In this document: in pieces, positions 51,213-60,819 of the stretch
How positions within the stretch are numbered: position 1 is the stretch's first letter
Layout: the number at the start of each line of letters is the position of its first letter
Assembly (NCBI GenBank): GCA_035258805.1
Contig: DATFWY010000037.1
Coordinates: 350 to 64,349, forward strand
Source of the DNA: Blastocatellia bacterium
Lineage (GTDB): Bacteria > Acidobacteriota > Blastocatellia > UBA7656
Reading direction: 5' to 3'
Length of the DNA: 64,000 nt
Program-made: the position numbers and the translations under genes
The notes under the pieces: generated by a model
What the model was told of the DNA's origin: nothing
Seen by the model: the letters and a program-made list of their open reading frames with translations, nothing else
Database searches by the model: none

Positions 51213-51291
51213 GTACCGTAGACTGTCTAGTCTGCGGGCGTTTCAATGCAGTAGCCTTACGATTTTCCGCAGACTAGACAGTCTACGGTAC
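51213..51291. repeat. REP/MITE-like palindromic element, copy B
   Basis: ggtaccgtagactgtctagtctgcgg - 29 nt - ccgcagactagacagtctacggtac. A perfect 25-bp inverted repeat. Confidence 0.85.
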
Positions 51292-51314
51292 GTTGCACCA
51301 AAAGAGGGACAGAA

Positions 51315-52694
51315 ATGAAAATCTTAATCAAGAACGGCAACATCGTCACCGCGGTCGATAACTACCACGCTGATATTCTCATCGAAGACGACAAGGTAGC
51401 GGTCATAGGACGCTCTCTCGATATTCAAGCCGACAAAATCATCGATGCTTCAGACAAGCTTGTTATACCGGGCGGCATCGACCCTCACACCCATATGGAA
51501 TTGCCGTTCGGCGGGACCTTCGCCTCAGATGATTTTCGCACCGGCACTATCGCCGCGGCGCACGGGGGAACTACAACGATCATCGACTTCGCTGTCCAAT
51601 ATCAAGGCGAATCGCTGGTTCAAGCCGTCGACAACTGGCATCAGAAAGCCGAAGGGAAAACCGCTATCGATTACGGCTTTCATCTCATCACTACCGACCT
51701 GCCGGACGAACGCGTGCCCGAGATGCGCCAGCTCATCAACGAAGGTGTAATGAGTTTCAAGCTATTCATGGCTTATCCGGGAGTGTTTCTGGTCGATGAC
51801 GCGACAATCTTCCGTGCAATGAAAAACGCCGGACAATGGGGCGGGTTGATTTGCATGCACGCCGAGAACGGGATCGTTATCAACGAAATCATCAAGTACG
51901 CTTTGGCCGAAGGCAAGACAGCTCCCAAATACCATGCATTGACTCGCCCAACGAAAGCGGAGGCCGAAGGTGTCCACCGTGCCATTGCGATCGCCGAGAT
52001 GGCCGAAGCTCCTGTGTACATAGTTCACTTGAGCTGTTCGGATGCCTTGGACGAAGTTCGAGAAGCGCGCGATAACGGCCTGCCTGCTTACGCGGAAACC
52101 TGTCCTCAATATCTGTTCCTCGACTATTCACTTTATGAACGGGAGGGATTCGAGGGCGCTAAGTGGGTTATGACACCGCCGCTAAGAGAAAAGTGGAATC
52201 AGGATAAGCTGTGGCAGGGGCTTCGAGGTAATGATCTGCAGGTTGTCTCGACCGATCACTGTCCATTTTGCATGAAGGAAAAGGAACTCGGGCTCAACGA
52301 TTTCACCAAGATCCCGAATGGTGGGCCTGGCGTCGAACACAGAATGAGTTTGATTTACAACGGCGGGGTAGTTGGTGGAAGGATTGGACTGAACCGCTTT
52401 GTTGAGCTGACTTCCACCGCAGCAGCGAAATTATTCGGATTGTTCCCGCGCAAAGGAACAATCGCGGTCGGTTCGGATGCCGACATTGTGATCTTCGATC
52501 CTAATGAAGAAATGACTCTCTCTGCAGCGACGCACCACATGAATGTGGACTACAGCGCTTACGAAGGAATGAAGGTGAAAGGTGTGACGAAGACCGTTCT
52601 GTCGCGTGGACGGGTGGTGATTCAGAATGGAAAGTACAGTGGAAAACCTGGTGACGGACGTTTTCTTAAGCGCGGGACGTTCAGCGGGCAATAG
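51315..52694 (+). CDS. D-hydantoinase / dihydropyrimidinase
   Basis: 459 aa. Metal-binding GGIDPHTHM, carboxylated-Lys region (SFKLFMAY), His (HAENG) and Asp (STDHCPF) of the cyclic amidohydrolase family. Confidence 0.93.
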   Translation: MKILIKNGNIVTAVDNYHADILIEDDKVAVIGRSLDIQADKIIDASDKLVIPGGIDPHTHMELPFGGTFASDDFRTGTIAAAHGGTTTIIDFAVQYQGESLVQAVDNWHQKAEGKTAIDYGFHLITTDLPDERVPEMRQLINEGVMSFKLFMAYPGVFLVDDATIFRAMKNAGQWGGLICMHAENGIVINEIIKYALAEGKTAPKYHALTRPTKAEAEGVHRAIAIAEMAEAPVYIVHLSCSDALDEVREARDNGLPAYAETCPQYLFLDYSLYEREGFEGAKWVMTPPLREKWNQDKLWQGLRGNDLQVVSTDHCPFCMKEKELGLNDFTKIPNGGPGVEHRMSLIYNGGVVGGRIGLNRFVELTSTAAAKLFGLFPRKGTIAVGSDADIVIFDPNEEMTLSAATHHMNVDYSAYEGMKVKGVTKTVLSRGRVVIQNGKYSGKPGDGRFLKRGTFSGQ

Positions 52695-53462
52695 CTACAA
52701 ACCTCCCTTCTTATCCATCACGCAGTCAGACGATAGCGGCCATGCGGCGTTCGATTTTTGAGCAGACATTTGCTTCGGTGCTTCCAGGAATGCGCGAGCT
52801 ACCGCGAAAATGCCTCGTTGCGGTATGAGAAAGTCATTCAGACTCGCTTGCACATCCAGCGGTCCAAGTGGTCCGAGATCAATTCCATTTACAACAGCGC
52901 GGCTCGAATCAATCAGCCAGACCCGCTGAGGGTTCGCAATGAACTCGTGCCCGTTGGGTGTTCGGCCGGCCAGGTTCATCTTCCCGGTACCTAGTGCTAT
53001 TCGAGCGGCGTGCCCCATCATTTTGAGCGTCATTCGCTTTTGCCACCACGCTTCAGGAACCAAGCGTGCTATCGAATTCATCAAACGTGAGAAGGTCGAT
53101 TCGCTGAGCGTAACCTCCCAGTCGAGCGCATCGCCGATACGCACTCGGAATTGAGAAGGACCAGTCCATACGATTTCAATAGGACCCACGATGTTTCGTT
53201 GAATCTCGGCACCGAAGTACCTCGAGCAGCCTTGCTCCGGTGATATCGTACTATAAAAAGTCCACGCGCCTGCCGGATTGCGATGCCAAACGGATGTATA
53301 CCCCGCTCCAAGAGAAGACGCCGGGAACCGCCTTAACGCCAGAACATGTCCGGAACGGAACGGCAGCCCGATTACCGCAAAACCTGCGAATCTTTCTGCT
53401 GTGCCGGTTGGAAGTGACGCCGTTTTCTCAATGTCCTGAATAATCTCTCTAGCTTTCATCAC
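52695..53462 (-). CDS. Hypothetical protein
   Basis: 255 aa ORF, last gene of a three-gene minus-strand unit. No motif recognised. Confidence 0.45.
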   Translation of the reverse strand: MMKAREIIQDIEKTASLPTGTAERFAGFAVIGLPFRSGHVLALRRFPASSLGAGYTSVWHRNPAGAWTFYSTISPEQGCSRYFGAEIQRNIVGPIEIVWTGPSQFRVRIGDALDWEVTLSESTFSRLMNSIARLVPEAWWQKRMTLKMMGHAARIALGTGKMNLAGRTPNGHEFIANPQRVWLIDSSRAVVNGIDLGPLGPLDVQASLNDFLIPQRGIFAVARAFLEAPKQMSAQKSNAAWPLSSDCVMDKKGGL

Positions 53463-53482
53463 AGAATTCCACTCTTTCAGAT

Positions 53483-53887
53483 CTACTTTGATTCAGCGAC
53501 CGTGCGGATTCCAAAAACGATCGTAAGAGTCCCTACTCCGCCCAGGAAAATGGTTATCAGTGATCCGATAATGCTTACAGACGCCAGCAGAACCGAGGAT
53601 ATGGTTATAGCGGCCCACATGGATCCCAGAGCAGCGACCTTCGCCGAGCGTGGCATTCCTCCGCTATCGCGAAAGCATTGAAGCCGCGCGCCAAACCAGC
53701 GGTTCGTTAAGAGATACCTTTCAAAACGCGGCGAACTCCGTGCAAAAAACCACGAGGCAATAAGAACGAATACGGTGACGGGCAGGCCAGGCACAAACAC
53801 ACCTGCGAAGGCGAGGGCCACGGCGCACCAACCGAGGCCCCCGTAAACAACTCGCCTAAGGTTACTTGAACTACTCGCGACTATCAT
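53483..53887 (-). CDS. DUF454/YbaN-family inner-membrane protein
   Basis: 134 aa. ASWFFARSSPRFERYLL...MPRSAK closely parallels E. coli YbaN (AAWCFARSSPRFHAWLL...MPRGVK). Confidence 0.75.
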   Translation of the reverse strand: MIVASSSSNLRRVVYGGLGWCAVALAFAGVFVPGLPVTVFVLIASWFFARSSPRFERYLLTNRWFGARLQCFRDSGGMPRSAKVAALGSMWAAITISSVLLASVSIIGSLITIFLGGVGTLTIVFGIRTVAESK

Positions 53888-54699
53888 ACCCGAGCTCCCT
53901 TCACTGCAGGTGCTGTGGCAGAGGTGTTCAAACTTGAAACCTGTTTAGGCAACGACGGGATCAGCATAGGCACCTGCTTGCGGTATGCTGCGTATTCCGG
54001 ATGTTCTTTTATCAGGTCGCGTTCCTCAAGCTGAATCGCGATCAGAATATAGGCAGAGGTCATCAATGCAAAGAACAGGTGCGTTACGGTCATCGTTGGG
54101 GTAAACCAAAAAGCACAGAACCAACCAACGTACAGCGGATGACGTACTACCCGGTAAAGCACCGGAGTTACGAATTGGAGTCCGGTGTGCGGTTTCCCTT
54201 GCAAGTATCTCCAGACCTGCCGCATACCGAACAGATCGAAATGGTTGATTACGACAGTCGCGAGCAGTACGAGTGCCCAACCGAAAGCAAATCCTCCATA
54301 CAATAGAATTCGACCGATCGGGTTTTGCACATCCCACACGACGCCTCCCAGCGGTCGCCATAGCCAGAATAAGAGCAGCAACGCGAGGCTGGATGCGAGC
54401 ACGTAGGTGCTTCGTTCAAGCGCTGGCGTAATGAATCGAGTAAGGAAACTCTTGAAACCGCGACGCGCCATCACGCTGTGTTGCAGCGCGAACAGCGCTA
54501 AGAGTCCGACGTCTATTGCCAGCGCTGTTGTCGACGGACCGGCGGCAGCCGAGTCCAGCGATTTGGGCACTCCGAAGTTTCCGATAAAACCAACTGCATA
54601 CAAGAAAGTCACGAGGAAGATCACATAGCTCACCGAACCATAAGCGAACCCTGCAATTCTACGCATGATAATTGGCTCCTTTTGTTTTCGTTCAATCAT
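53884..54699 (-). CDS. Membrane methyltransferase, ICMT/PEMT (MddA-like) family
   Basis: 271 aa. Multiple TM helices. VVRHPLYVGW motif characteristic of isoprenylcysteine carboxyl / phospholipid methyltransferases. 4-bp overlap with the ybaN-like gene. Confidence 0.7.
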   Translation of the reverse strand: MIERKQKEPIIMRRIAGFAYGSVSYVIFLVTFLYAVGFIGNFGVPKSLDSAAAGPSTTALAIDVGLLALFALQHSVMARRGFKSFLTRFITPALERSTYVLASSLALLLLFWLWRPLGGVVWDVQNPIGRILLYGGFAFGWALVLLATVVINHFDLFGMRQVWRYLQGKPHTGLQFVTPVLYRVVRHPLYVGWFCAFWFTPTMTVTHLFFALMTSAYILIAIQLEERDLIKEHPEYAAYRKQVPMLIPSLPKQVSSLNTSATAPAVKGARV

Positions 54700-54826
54700 T
54701 GCGGGCTGTCCCGCTAACGACTAGAATTGTGCGCTACCTCGGCCTAACGAACCACGCTCGGGCGTCCGAAGAATTTGATTGGGAGTCCAGCAGTTGCAAA
54801 TCGTTTTGCCGAAGATATGAAGGCTT

Positions 54827-55831
54827 TTGCCGGGAGTCCGGATGGACGCATTCTCAGAAATTCTAGGCACTGTGTCGATGAAGGGAGCAGTATTCTTCAA
54901 CGCTGAATTCTCTGCGCCCTGGGGTGTCTACACGCCACCCTCGCGCAACTTAGCTCCGTTACTATCCCCAGGAGCGCCGCATTTAGTGATCTACCATTTC
55001 GTGGTCGAGGGTTCTGGAGTGGTAACTTTGGAAGACGGATCACTGCTGCGTCTTGAGGCAGGCGATGTGATCGTTCTGCCGCACGGAGATGCCCACGGGA
55101 TCTATAGCGAAGAAGGTGCGCGAGACAACGAGTCTCCGGCGATCATAGCGAAAGTCCAGGCTCGAGACTTGAATACGATGCATGCCGGAGGAGGTGGCGA
55201 CGTCAGCCGTTTCGTGTGCGGTTACATGGTATGTGATCCGCTGCTTTGCCGGCCGATTCTTCAAAGCCTTCCGCCAGCTTTCAAGGTCAATCTTCGCACA
55301 GACCGTTCCGGACATTGGCTGGAGAACTCGATTCTTCATCTGGTCGAGGAAGCCGCCTCGGGACAGGCGGGAAGCGAAGCAATGTTGGCAAAACTTTCCG
55401 AAGCGCTCTTTGTAGACACGCTGCGACGTTATGTGGCAGGTCTGCCGGAACAGGAAGTTGGCTGGCTCGCAGCGGCGCGTGATCCCGTTGTGGGAAAAAG
55501 TTTGTCGCTCCTGCATGCCAAAGCGCAGCATCCCTGGACTATCGCCGAACTTGCAAAGGAAGTCGGGCTTTCTCGCTCGACTCTTGTGGAACGCTTTACG
55601 CGGTATCTTGAGGAGCCGCCGATCGCTTATTTGATTCGATGGCGACTGCATCTTGCGGCACGGGCTCTGGCGGCAACGTCTCGCGGGGTCGCGGAGATTG
55701 CATCTGATGTCGGCTACGAATCCGAGGCTGCTTTTAATCGGGCTTTCAAGAGAGAGTTTGGATTGCCGCCGGCCCGCTACAGACGAGAGCATAGATCATC
55801 TGACAATCATGCGGGCGAAGCGTTAGTGTGA
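54827..55831 (+). CDS. AraC-family transcriptional regulator with N-terminal cupin-like sensor domain
   Basis: 334 aa. C-terminal dual HTH (TIAELAKEVGLSRSTLVERFTRY...AFNRAFKREFGLPPARYRR). Confidence 0.85.
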   Translation: MPGVRMDAFSEILGTVSMKGAVFFNAEFSAPWGVYTPPSRNLAPLLSPGAPHLVIYHFVVEGSGVVTLEDGSLLRLEAGDVIVLPHGDAHGIYSEEGARDNESPAIIAKVQARDLNTMHAGGGGDVSRFVCGYMVCDPLLCRPILQSLPPAFKVNLRTDRSGHWLENSILHLVEEAASGQAGSEAMLAKLSEALFVDTLRRYVAGLPEQEVGWLAAARDPVVGKSLSLLHAKAQHPWTIAELAKEVGLSRSTLVERFTRYLEEPPIAYLIRWRLHLAARALAATSRGVAEIASDVGYESEAAFNRAFKREFGLPPARYRREHRSSDNHAGEALV

Positions 55832-56047
55832 TACACAGCCTTTAAAGTTTCAACAGATACACTAATCCAACAAGCCGGCAAAAATAATCATCGATCTCGC
55901 ATCACCCAGTTATTGCCGTTCACAACAATCAACGATATCTTTACCTTCCTGATTTTCCTGCTGTACTGATCTCAAGAGATCAAGAAACCACTCTTCTTCT
56001 GGGCGCATCCTGGGGCGCTTATCTACAACCTTGGGAGGTGTTCAGTT

Positions 56048-56638
56048 ATGTCAATCAGTAAAATCAATGAAGCAGATGATGCAAGCCTCAGAGAACGAAT
56101 CGAGGATCTCGAGCGCAAAGTCAACGAGTTGGCCGGAGGCAGGATGTCATCCTGGAAGTCCGACGAGTTGACCCCAGAAATTCATGAAGAATTCTTGCGT
56201 AACATCATCGAATACGAAACCGCGCCCTGGACAACTCATCAACAGCAACTCCAGGAGGCAGGTATCGAGCTTCCTTCACCTGAAGACCTGGATGACGAAC
56301 AGTTGAAAGCAAAGCTCTGGGAGGTGATCGAAGTGCTCGCTAAATTGCGAGTGTTCCTGCAGTGTACAAATCACCTTAGCGATCGTGAGCTCTATGCTGA
56401 GCTATGGGGTGATTTGTTACTCGAAGAAGTCAAAGCGGTGCCGTATGACGAATACTCAGCATATCACATCGATATGATAGGCAGCGGCAGCGAAGAGGAC
56501 ATCCATTTGTGGATGAAGTATTACGCAGATGAGGAAACTCGTCGCCAATGGATTGAGGAATGGCCAGACGATGAGATGCCTGATCACGTTGACCCTCCTT
56601 ATGATCGGGATCGTTTGCTGCCAAACGCCGGATATTGA
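56048..56638 (+). CDS. Hypothetical acidic cytoplasmic protein
   Basis: 196 aa ORF with a plausible start context. No recognisable family. Confidence 0.45.
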   Translation: MSISKINEADDASLRERIEDLERKVNELAGGRMSSWKSDELTPEIHEEFLRNIIEYETAPWTTHQQQLQEAGIELPSPEDLDDEQLKAKLWEVIEVLAKLRVFLQCTNHLSDRELYAELWGDLLLEEVKAVPYDEYSAYHIDMIGSGSEEDIHLWMKYYADEETRRQWIEEWPDDEMPDHVDPPYDRDRLLPNAGY

Positions 56639-56668
56639 GGAACAGCCCGCTCGAGGTGAGGAAGTTTT

Positions 56669-56816
56669 TGGTTTTTGGTTTCTGGTTTGTTTCTAATGTG
56701 TAATCTGCGTCATTTGCGGATGGGCCGGTGCATTCACTTCATTAGCTATCTAGGGACTACGCATCCGCGGATTACGCAGATTACACAGAATTAGACAACA
56801 CTAGAAACCAGAAACC
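56669..56816. repeat. ~150-bp imperfect inverted-repeat element upstream of the NCS1 transporter gene
   Basis: Outer arms tggtttttggtttctggtttgtttctaatgtgtaatctgcgt / acgcagattacacagaattagacaacactagaaaccagaaacc. Inner palindrome tgcggatg...catccgcgg. Shares the TAATCTGCG(Y)...GCGGATG motif with 59768-59797 and 61837-61867. Confidence 0.7.
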
Positions 56817-56883
56817 TAATCAATGATGATCCGGCACATAGTTGCTGGTACAATGCGCCAAATGCCCCCAATCGGAGGAACAA

Positions 56884-58407
56884 ATGGCTGCAAAGGGTCA
56901 AACCCTGTTTAAACCCGATTTTTTCGAGCTTGAGGAAGATGTCTCTGACAGCCCGCTTTGGAATCGGGATCTCGCGCCCGTTCCCATCCTGAAGCGCAAT
57001 TGGACCACCTATAACTATGCCGCGCTGTGGATCAGCATGGCTCATTGCATCCCGACCTATATGCTCGCATCCAGTCTTATCGATCTGGGAATGAACTGGT
57101 GGCAAGCGCTGATGACTATCCTGCTGGGCAACACGATCGTTCTTGCCCCGATTTTGTTGAACTCTCATCCGGGCACAAAGTACGGCATCCCTTTTCCTGT
57201 TTTCGCGCGAGCGAGTTACGGAACCGTCGGATCGAATCTGCCGGCGATCATGCGAGCGCTGGTCGCCTGTGGGTGGTTTGGCATACAAGCCTGGATCGGG
57301 GGCGAGGCGGTGCACACTTTGCTCAGGATATTGTGGCCGCGATGGCAAACGTTACTAGGTGACAAGATTCAAGCTCCGGGCTTTCTGGCTGGTCATACAC
57401 CAACAGAATACATTTCGTTTCTGCTCTTCTGGCTGCTTAACATTTACATCATCTATCGCGGCATGGATTTACTGCGACGCGTTGAGAACTGGGCGGCTCC
57501 GTTCGTGCTGGTCATGGCTGCTGCGTTAATGGTCTGGGTGTTGTGGAAAGCTAAGGGCCTTGGAGCAATCATGCACGGCGAAGACAAGTTTGGAAGTTTC
57601 GGAGCGTTTTGGAAAGTATTCATTCCCTCGCTAACCGGTATGATCGGCTACTGGTCGACACTGTCGTTGAACATGCCGGACTTCACTCGCTTTAGCAGAA
57701 GCCAGCGCGACCAGACAATCGGACAAACGGTTGCGCTTCCGGCGACTATGGTTGTCTTTGCCGCGATGGGCGTAATTATCACTTCCGCCTCGGCAATAAT
57801 TTTCGGCCGGACAATCTGGGACCCCGTGCAGCTTGTAGGTCAATTCACTCAGCCAGTCATCGTAGCGGTTTCCATGTTCACAGTTGTAGTGGCGACCCTG
57901 TCGGTGAATATCGCCGCCAACGTAGTCTCGCCTGCGAACGATTTTGCGAATGCATTTCCGCGAGTCATTACCTTTCGATTGGGGGGACTGATCACTGGAA
58001 TTCTGGGGATCATCATGCAGCCGTGGCGGCTTCTTGCCGACCCCTCCGGATATATTTTCCAATGGCTGGGAGGATATTCGGGAGGCTTGGGATCAATCGC
58101 CGGAGTTCTTATTGCCGACTATTGGTTGTTTCGGCGAAAGCAACTAGAGCTGGCGGACTTATACAAGGTCCATGGAGCTTACACATACGCTGGAGGATGG
58201 AACTGGCGGGCGGTAGCCGCGACTTTGATTGGGTGCGCGCTTGTGTGGGGCGGCTTAGTGATTCCGTTTATGAGGCCGCTTTACGACTATGCCTGGTTCG
58301 TCGGATTTTTGGCATCGGGAGCCGTTTATCTGGCGCTTATGAAGGGCGCGCCGGCGGCTTATGCGTCAGGTAGTCTCGAGGCTAATGCTGAAGCTGACGG
58401 AGATTGA
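56884..58407 (+). CDS. NCS1-family nucleobase/hydantoin:cation symporter
   Basis: Start at MAAKGQTLF (GGAGGA RBS). 12 predicted TM helices. N-terminal NWTTYNYAALWISMAH motif typical of NCS1 (Mhp1/PucI/CodB-like). The track ORF starts at 56842. Confidence 0.88.
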   Translation: MAAKGQTLFKPDFFELEEDVSDSPLWNRDLAPVPILKRNWTTYNYAALWISMAHCIPTYMLASSLIDLGMNWWQALMTILLGNTIVLAPILLNSHPGTKYGIPFPVFARASYGTVGSNLPAIMRALVACGWFGIQAWIGGEAVHTLLRILWPRWQTLLGDKIQAPGFLAGHTPTEYISFLLFWLLNIYIIYRGMDLLRRVENWAAPFVLVMAAALMVWVLWKAKGLGAIMHGEDKFGSFGAFWKVFIPSLTGMIGYWSTLSLNMPDFTRFSRSQRDQTIGQTVALPATMVVFAAMGVIITSASAIIFGRTIWDPVQLVGQFTQPVIVAVSMFTVVVATLSVNIAANVVSPANDFANAFPRVITFRLGGLITGILGIIMQPWRLLADPSGYIFQWLGGYSGGLGSIAGVLIADYWLFRRKQLELADLYKVHGAYTYAGGWNWRAVAATLIGCALVWGGLVIPFMRPLYDYAWFVGFLASGAVYLALMKGAPAAYASGSLEANAEADGD

Positions 58408-58411
58408 GCGA

Positions 58412-58530
58412 TGTACCGTAGACTGTCCAGTCTGCGGAGGAACTCTCCCTCAGCCGCAAACCGCAGACTGCCCTGTCTTCGGATGAACTGCCATTCCGCT
58501 CGTTTCCGCAGACTGGACAGTCTACGGTAC
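58412..58530. repeat. REP/MITE-like palindromic element, copy C
   Basis: tgtaccgtagactgtccagtctgcgg - 68 nt (contains a partial internal copy ccgcagactgccctgtc) - ccgcagactggacagtctacggtac. Begins 5 nt after the NCS1 stop. Confidence 0.85.
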
Positions 58531-58653
58531 TACGAAGGTCCACGGTACGTCGAAAGAAAGAGTATCGAGATTACCGTTACCTAAGCAGGTGTATTCTGAT
58601 AACATAATCTTCGCCCTCAAATTGAATCTCAAAGTTGGCTAGTTTCCAAAGGT

Positions 58654-59709
58654 ATGCTTTTCAACACCCATCTACGTTCGCCGACTCGTTCTTCTTTAGA
58701 CCTGCTGCTTCGATTAACTGCGCTTGCTACGATCTGTTCTGTAACTTCAGTGACGTCTGCCCGGGCACAGGAAAAACCCGGCACTGCTTCACCGGTTTTG
58801 CTGGCATCGTTGAGAAGCAAGGACAAAGGGGCAAGACGAGACGCGGCTAATGAGCTGGGGATCACTCGAGCTCGAGGCGCCGTACGTGGTCTCGTTGAAA
58901 CGCTCTCAGACAAAGAGGCATCGGTGCGAGAGGCGGCGGCATTTGCTCTCGGCCAAATCTCCGATCCCAGCGCAACAGGACTATTGATTCCGTTGCTTGC
59001 AGACCCGGAACCTTCGGTCCGAGCATCGACGGCTTTTGCGCTTGGAATGATTGCGGACCGCAAGGCTGTGGAAGCGCTATCGTACGCTACCGGCGACAGC
59101 GAAGCGGAGGTTCGAGCATCGGCGATTTTTGCTCTTGGGTTGATGCGAGACGAGGGCGCGGTCGACGAATTGATTGATGCCCTGGACGACTCTTCCTTTG
59201 ATGTGCGCTACGACGCGGTATGGGCGCTGGGACAAATCGGTGAGCCGGATGCCGAAGAACACCTGCAAGGGGCGCTGGTAACCCTTGACTTGCTTCGAAT
59301 CGACGACGCACAGCGTCAGGCTTTTCGGCAGGCAGTGCAATTCTCTCTCGAAAGCCTGCGAACGGAAGCTCACGCACGAACAACCGAGGCGGGAACACGG
59401 CCGAGGCGGGCGAGCGGCATTGTTAGAGATAATCGTTACACACCCCCTCCCACTCGCCCGGTGGGAATCCACAAATCTGTTCGTCCCGCGGTTACAGATC
59501 TCGCGCTGAAAGCAAGGGCTGGTGGTTCGGTGAAGCTGCGCGTTCTGGTCGGTGCGGACGGCAAGGCGGTACGAGCGTATGTGACCCGGCGACTGGGTTA
59601 TGGGCTCGATCGCCGAGCGGTAGAGACTGCGCTTCAGTATAGATTCGATCCGGCGTTGGAACATGGGCTGCCGCAAACGACGTGGACGGATATGGAAGTG
59701 AAGTTTTAA
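58654..59709 (+). CDS. Periplasmic HEAT-repeat (PBS-lyase-like) protein with C-terminal TonB-C domain
   Basis: 351 aa. Signal peptide. About 5 HEAT-like repeats (VRASTAFALGMIADRKAVEAL, VRASAIFALGLMRDEGAVDELIDAL, VRYDAVWALGQIG). C-terminal ~90 aa is TonB-C-like (VKLRVLVGADGKAVRAYVTRRLGYGLDRRAVETALQYRFDP). Confidence 0.6.
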   Translation: MLFNTHLRSPTRSSLDLLLRLTALATICSVTSVTSARAQEKPGTASPVLLASLRSKDKGARRDAANELGITRARGAVRGLVETLSDKEASVREAAAFALGQISDPSATGLLIPLLADPEPSVRASTAFALGMIADRKAVEALSYATGDSEAEVRASAIFALGLMRDEGAVDELIDALDDSSFDVRYDAVWALGQIGEPDAEEHLQGALVTLDLLRIDDAQRQAFRQAVQFSLESLRTEAHARTTEAGTRPRRASGIVRDNRYTPPPTRPVGIHKSVRPAVTDLALKARAGGSVKLRVLVGADGKAVRAYVTRRLGYGLDRRAVETALQYRFDPALEHGLPQTTWTDMEVKF

Positions 59710-59767
59710 AACGCCGAAAATCTCAGCGTTGAGCGTCAGGGTTTAAGCGTTTAGGGTTCAGAGTTTC

Positions 59768-59797
59768 CATCTGCGTAATCTGCGCAATCTGCGGATG
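59768..59797. repeat. Short repeat catctgcgtaatctgcgcaatctgcggatg (family shared with 56669-56816 and 61837-61867)
   Basis: Internal direct repeat atctgcg x3. Intergenic, downstream of the HEAT-TonB gene. Confidence 0.55.
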
Positions 59798-59825
59798 AGT
59801 TTTTAGGAAGACCTTAGGAGTCATC

Positions 59826-60695
59826 ATGTCTAGAATCGTTAAGTGCGGTTTGATACAGGCATCCAACGCATGTTCGATCGATCAATCGATCGAAAAAATC
59901 AAACAAGCGAATATCGATAAGAATCTCAAGTTTATTGAAGGCGCGGCAAAGCAGGGCGTTCAAATCATTTGCATGCAGGAAGTCTTCACAACGCCTTACT
60001 TCTGCGCCGAACAGGAACCGCGCTGGTACGAAGCCGTCGAAAGAATCCCGGATGGACCAACCGTAAAGCTGATGCAGGAAGTCGCAAAAAAGCACGGAAT
60101 GGTCGTGATTGTTCCCATCTATGAAGAGGAAATCACCGGCGTTTACTACAACACCGCCGCTGTCATCGACGCCGACGGAAGGTACCTCGGCAAGTACCGC
60201 AAGAATCATATACCGCACACAAAACCGGGCTTCTGGGAAAAATATTATTTCAAACCCGGCAACCTGGGTTACCCGACATTTGAAACCGCGTTCGCCCGAA
60301 TCGGCGTCTACATCTGTTATGACCGTCACTTTCCCGAAGGCGCGCGAGCTCTAGGATTGAACGGCGCGGAGATCGTCTTTAATCCCTCGGCTACCGTAGC
60401 GGGTTTGTCTGAATATCTCTGGGAGCTTGAACAACCGGCTCACGCGGTCGCGAATGGTTATTTCATAGGAGCGATCAATCGCGTAGGACACGAACAGCCC
60501 TGGGACATCGGCGAGTTTTATGGGAAGAGTTACTTCTGCAATCCGCGCGGCAAGATCATTGCCCAGGCATCCAGAGATTCGGACGAGCTCATAGTTGCGG
60601 ACCTGGATCTCGACCAGATTCGCGAGGTCCGCAACGTTTGGCAGTTCTTCCGTGACCGCCGGCCCGAGACCTACGACCCCCTGGTGAAAGAATAG
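59826..60695 (+). CDS. N-carbamoyl-amino-acid amidohydrolase / beta-ureidopropionase (nitrilase superfamily)
   Basis: 289 aa. Catalytic Glu (CMQEVF), Lys (GKYRKNH) and Cys (VYICYDRHFPE) of the C-N hydrolase fold. Confidence 0.88.
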   Translation: MSRIVKCGLIQASNACSIDQSIEKIKQANIDKNLKFIEGAAKQGVQIICMQEVFTTPYFCAEQEPRWYEAVERIPDGPTVKLMQEVAKKHGMVVIVPIYEEEITGVYYNTAAVIDADGRYLGKYRKNHIPHTKPGFWEKYYFKPGNLGYPTFETAFARIGVYICYDRHFPEGARALGLNGAEIVFNPSATVAGLSEYLWELEQPAHAVANGYFIGAINRVGHEQPWDIGEFYGKSYFCNPRGKIIAQASRDSDELIVADLDLDQIREVRNVWQFFRDRRPETYDPLVKE

Positions 60696-60699
60696 ACTT

Positions 60700-60783
60700 G
60701 GCGTAGAGTCGACTGTCCAGTCTGCGCAGTGCTTGAGATCTGTTTAATCTGAGCGCTGCGCAGACTGGACCGTCGACGCTACC
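60700..60783. repeat. REP/MITE-like palindromic element, copy D (degenerate)
   Basis: ggcgtagagtcgactgtccagtctgcgcag - 25 nt - ctgcgcagactggaccgtcgacgctacc. Begins 5 nt after the carbamoylase stop. Confidence 0.75.
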
Positions 60784-60819
60784 GTTCACCCAGAATAACT
60801 CTCAATGCAAAGGAAACGC

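Noticed and set aside
55040-55792. 250-aa minus-strand ORF inside the AraC gene
   Set aside because: Antisense to an ORF with a clear AraC HTH. No support.
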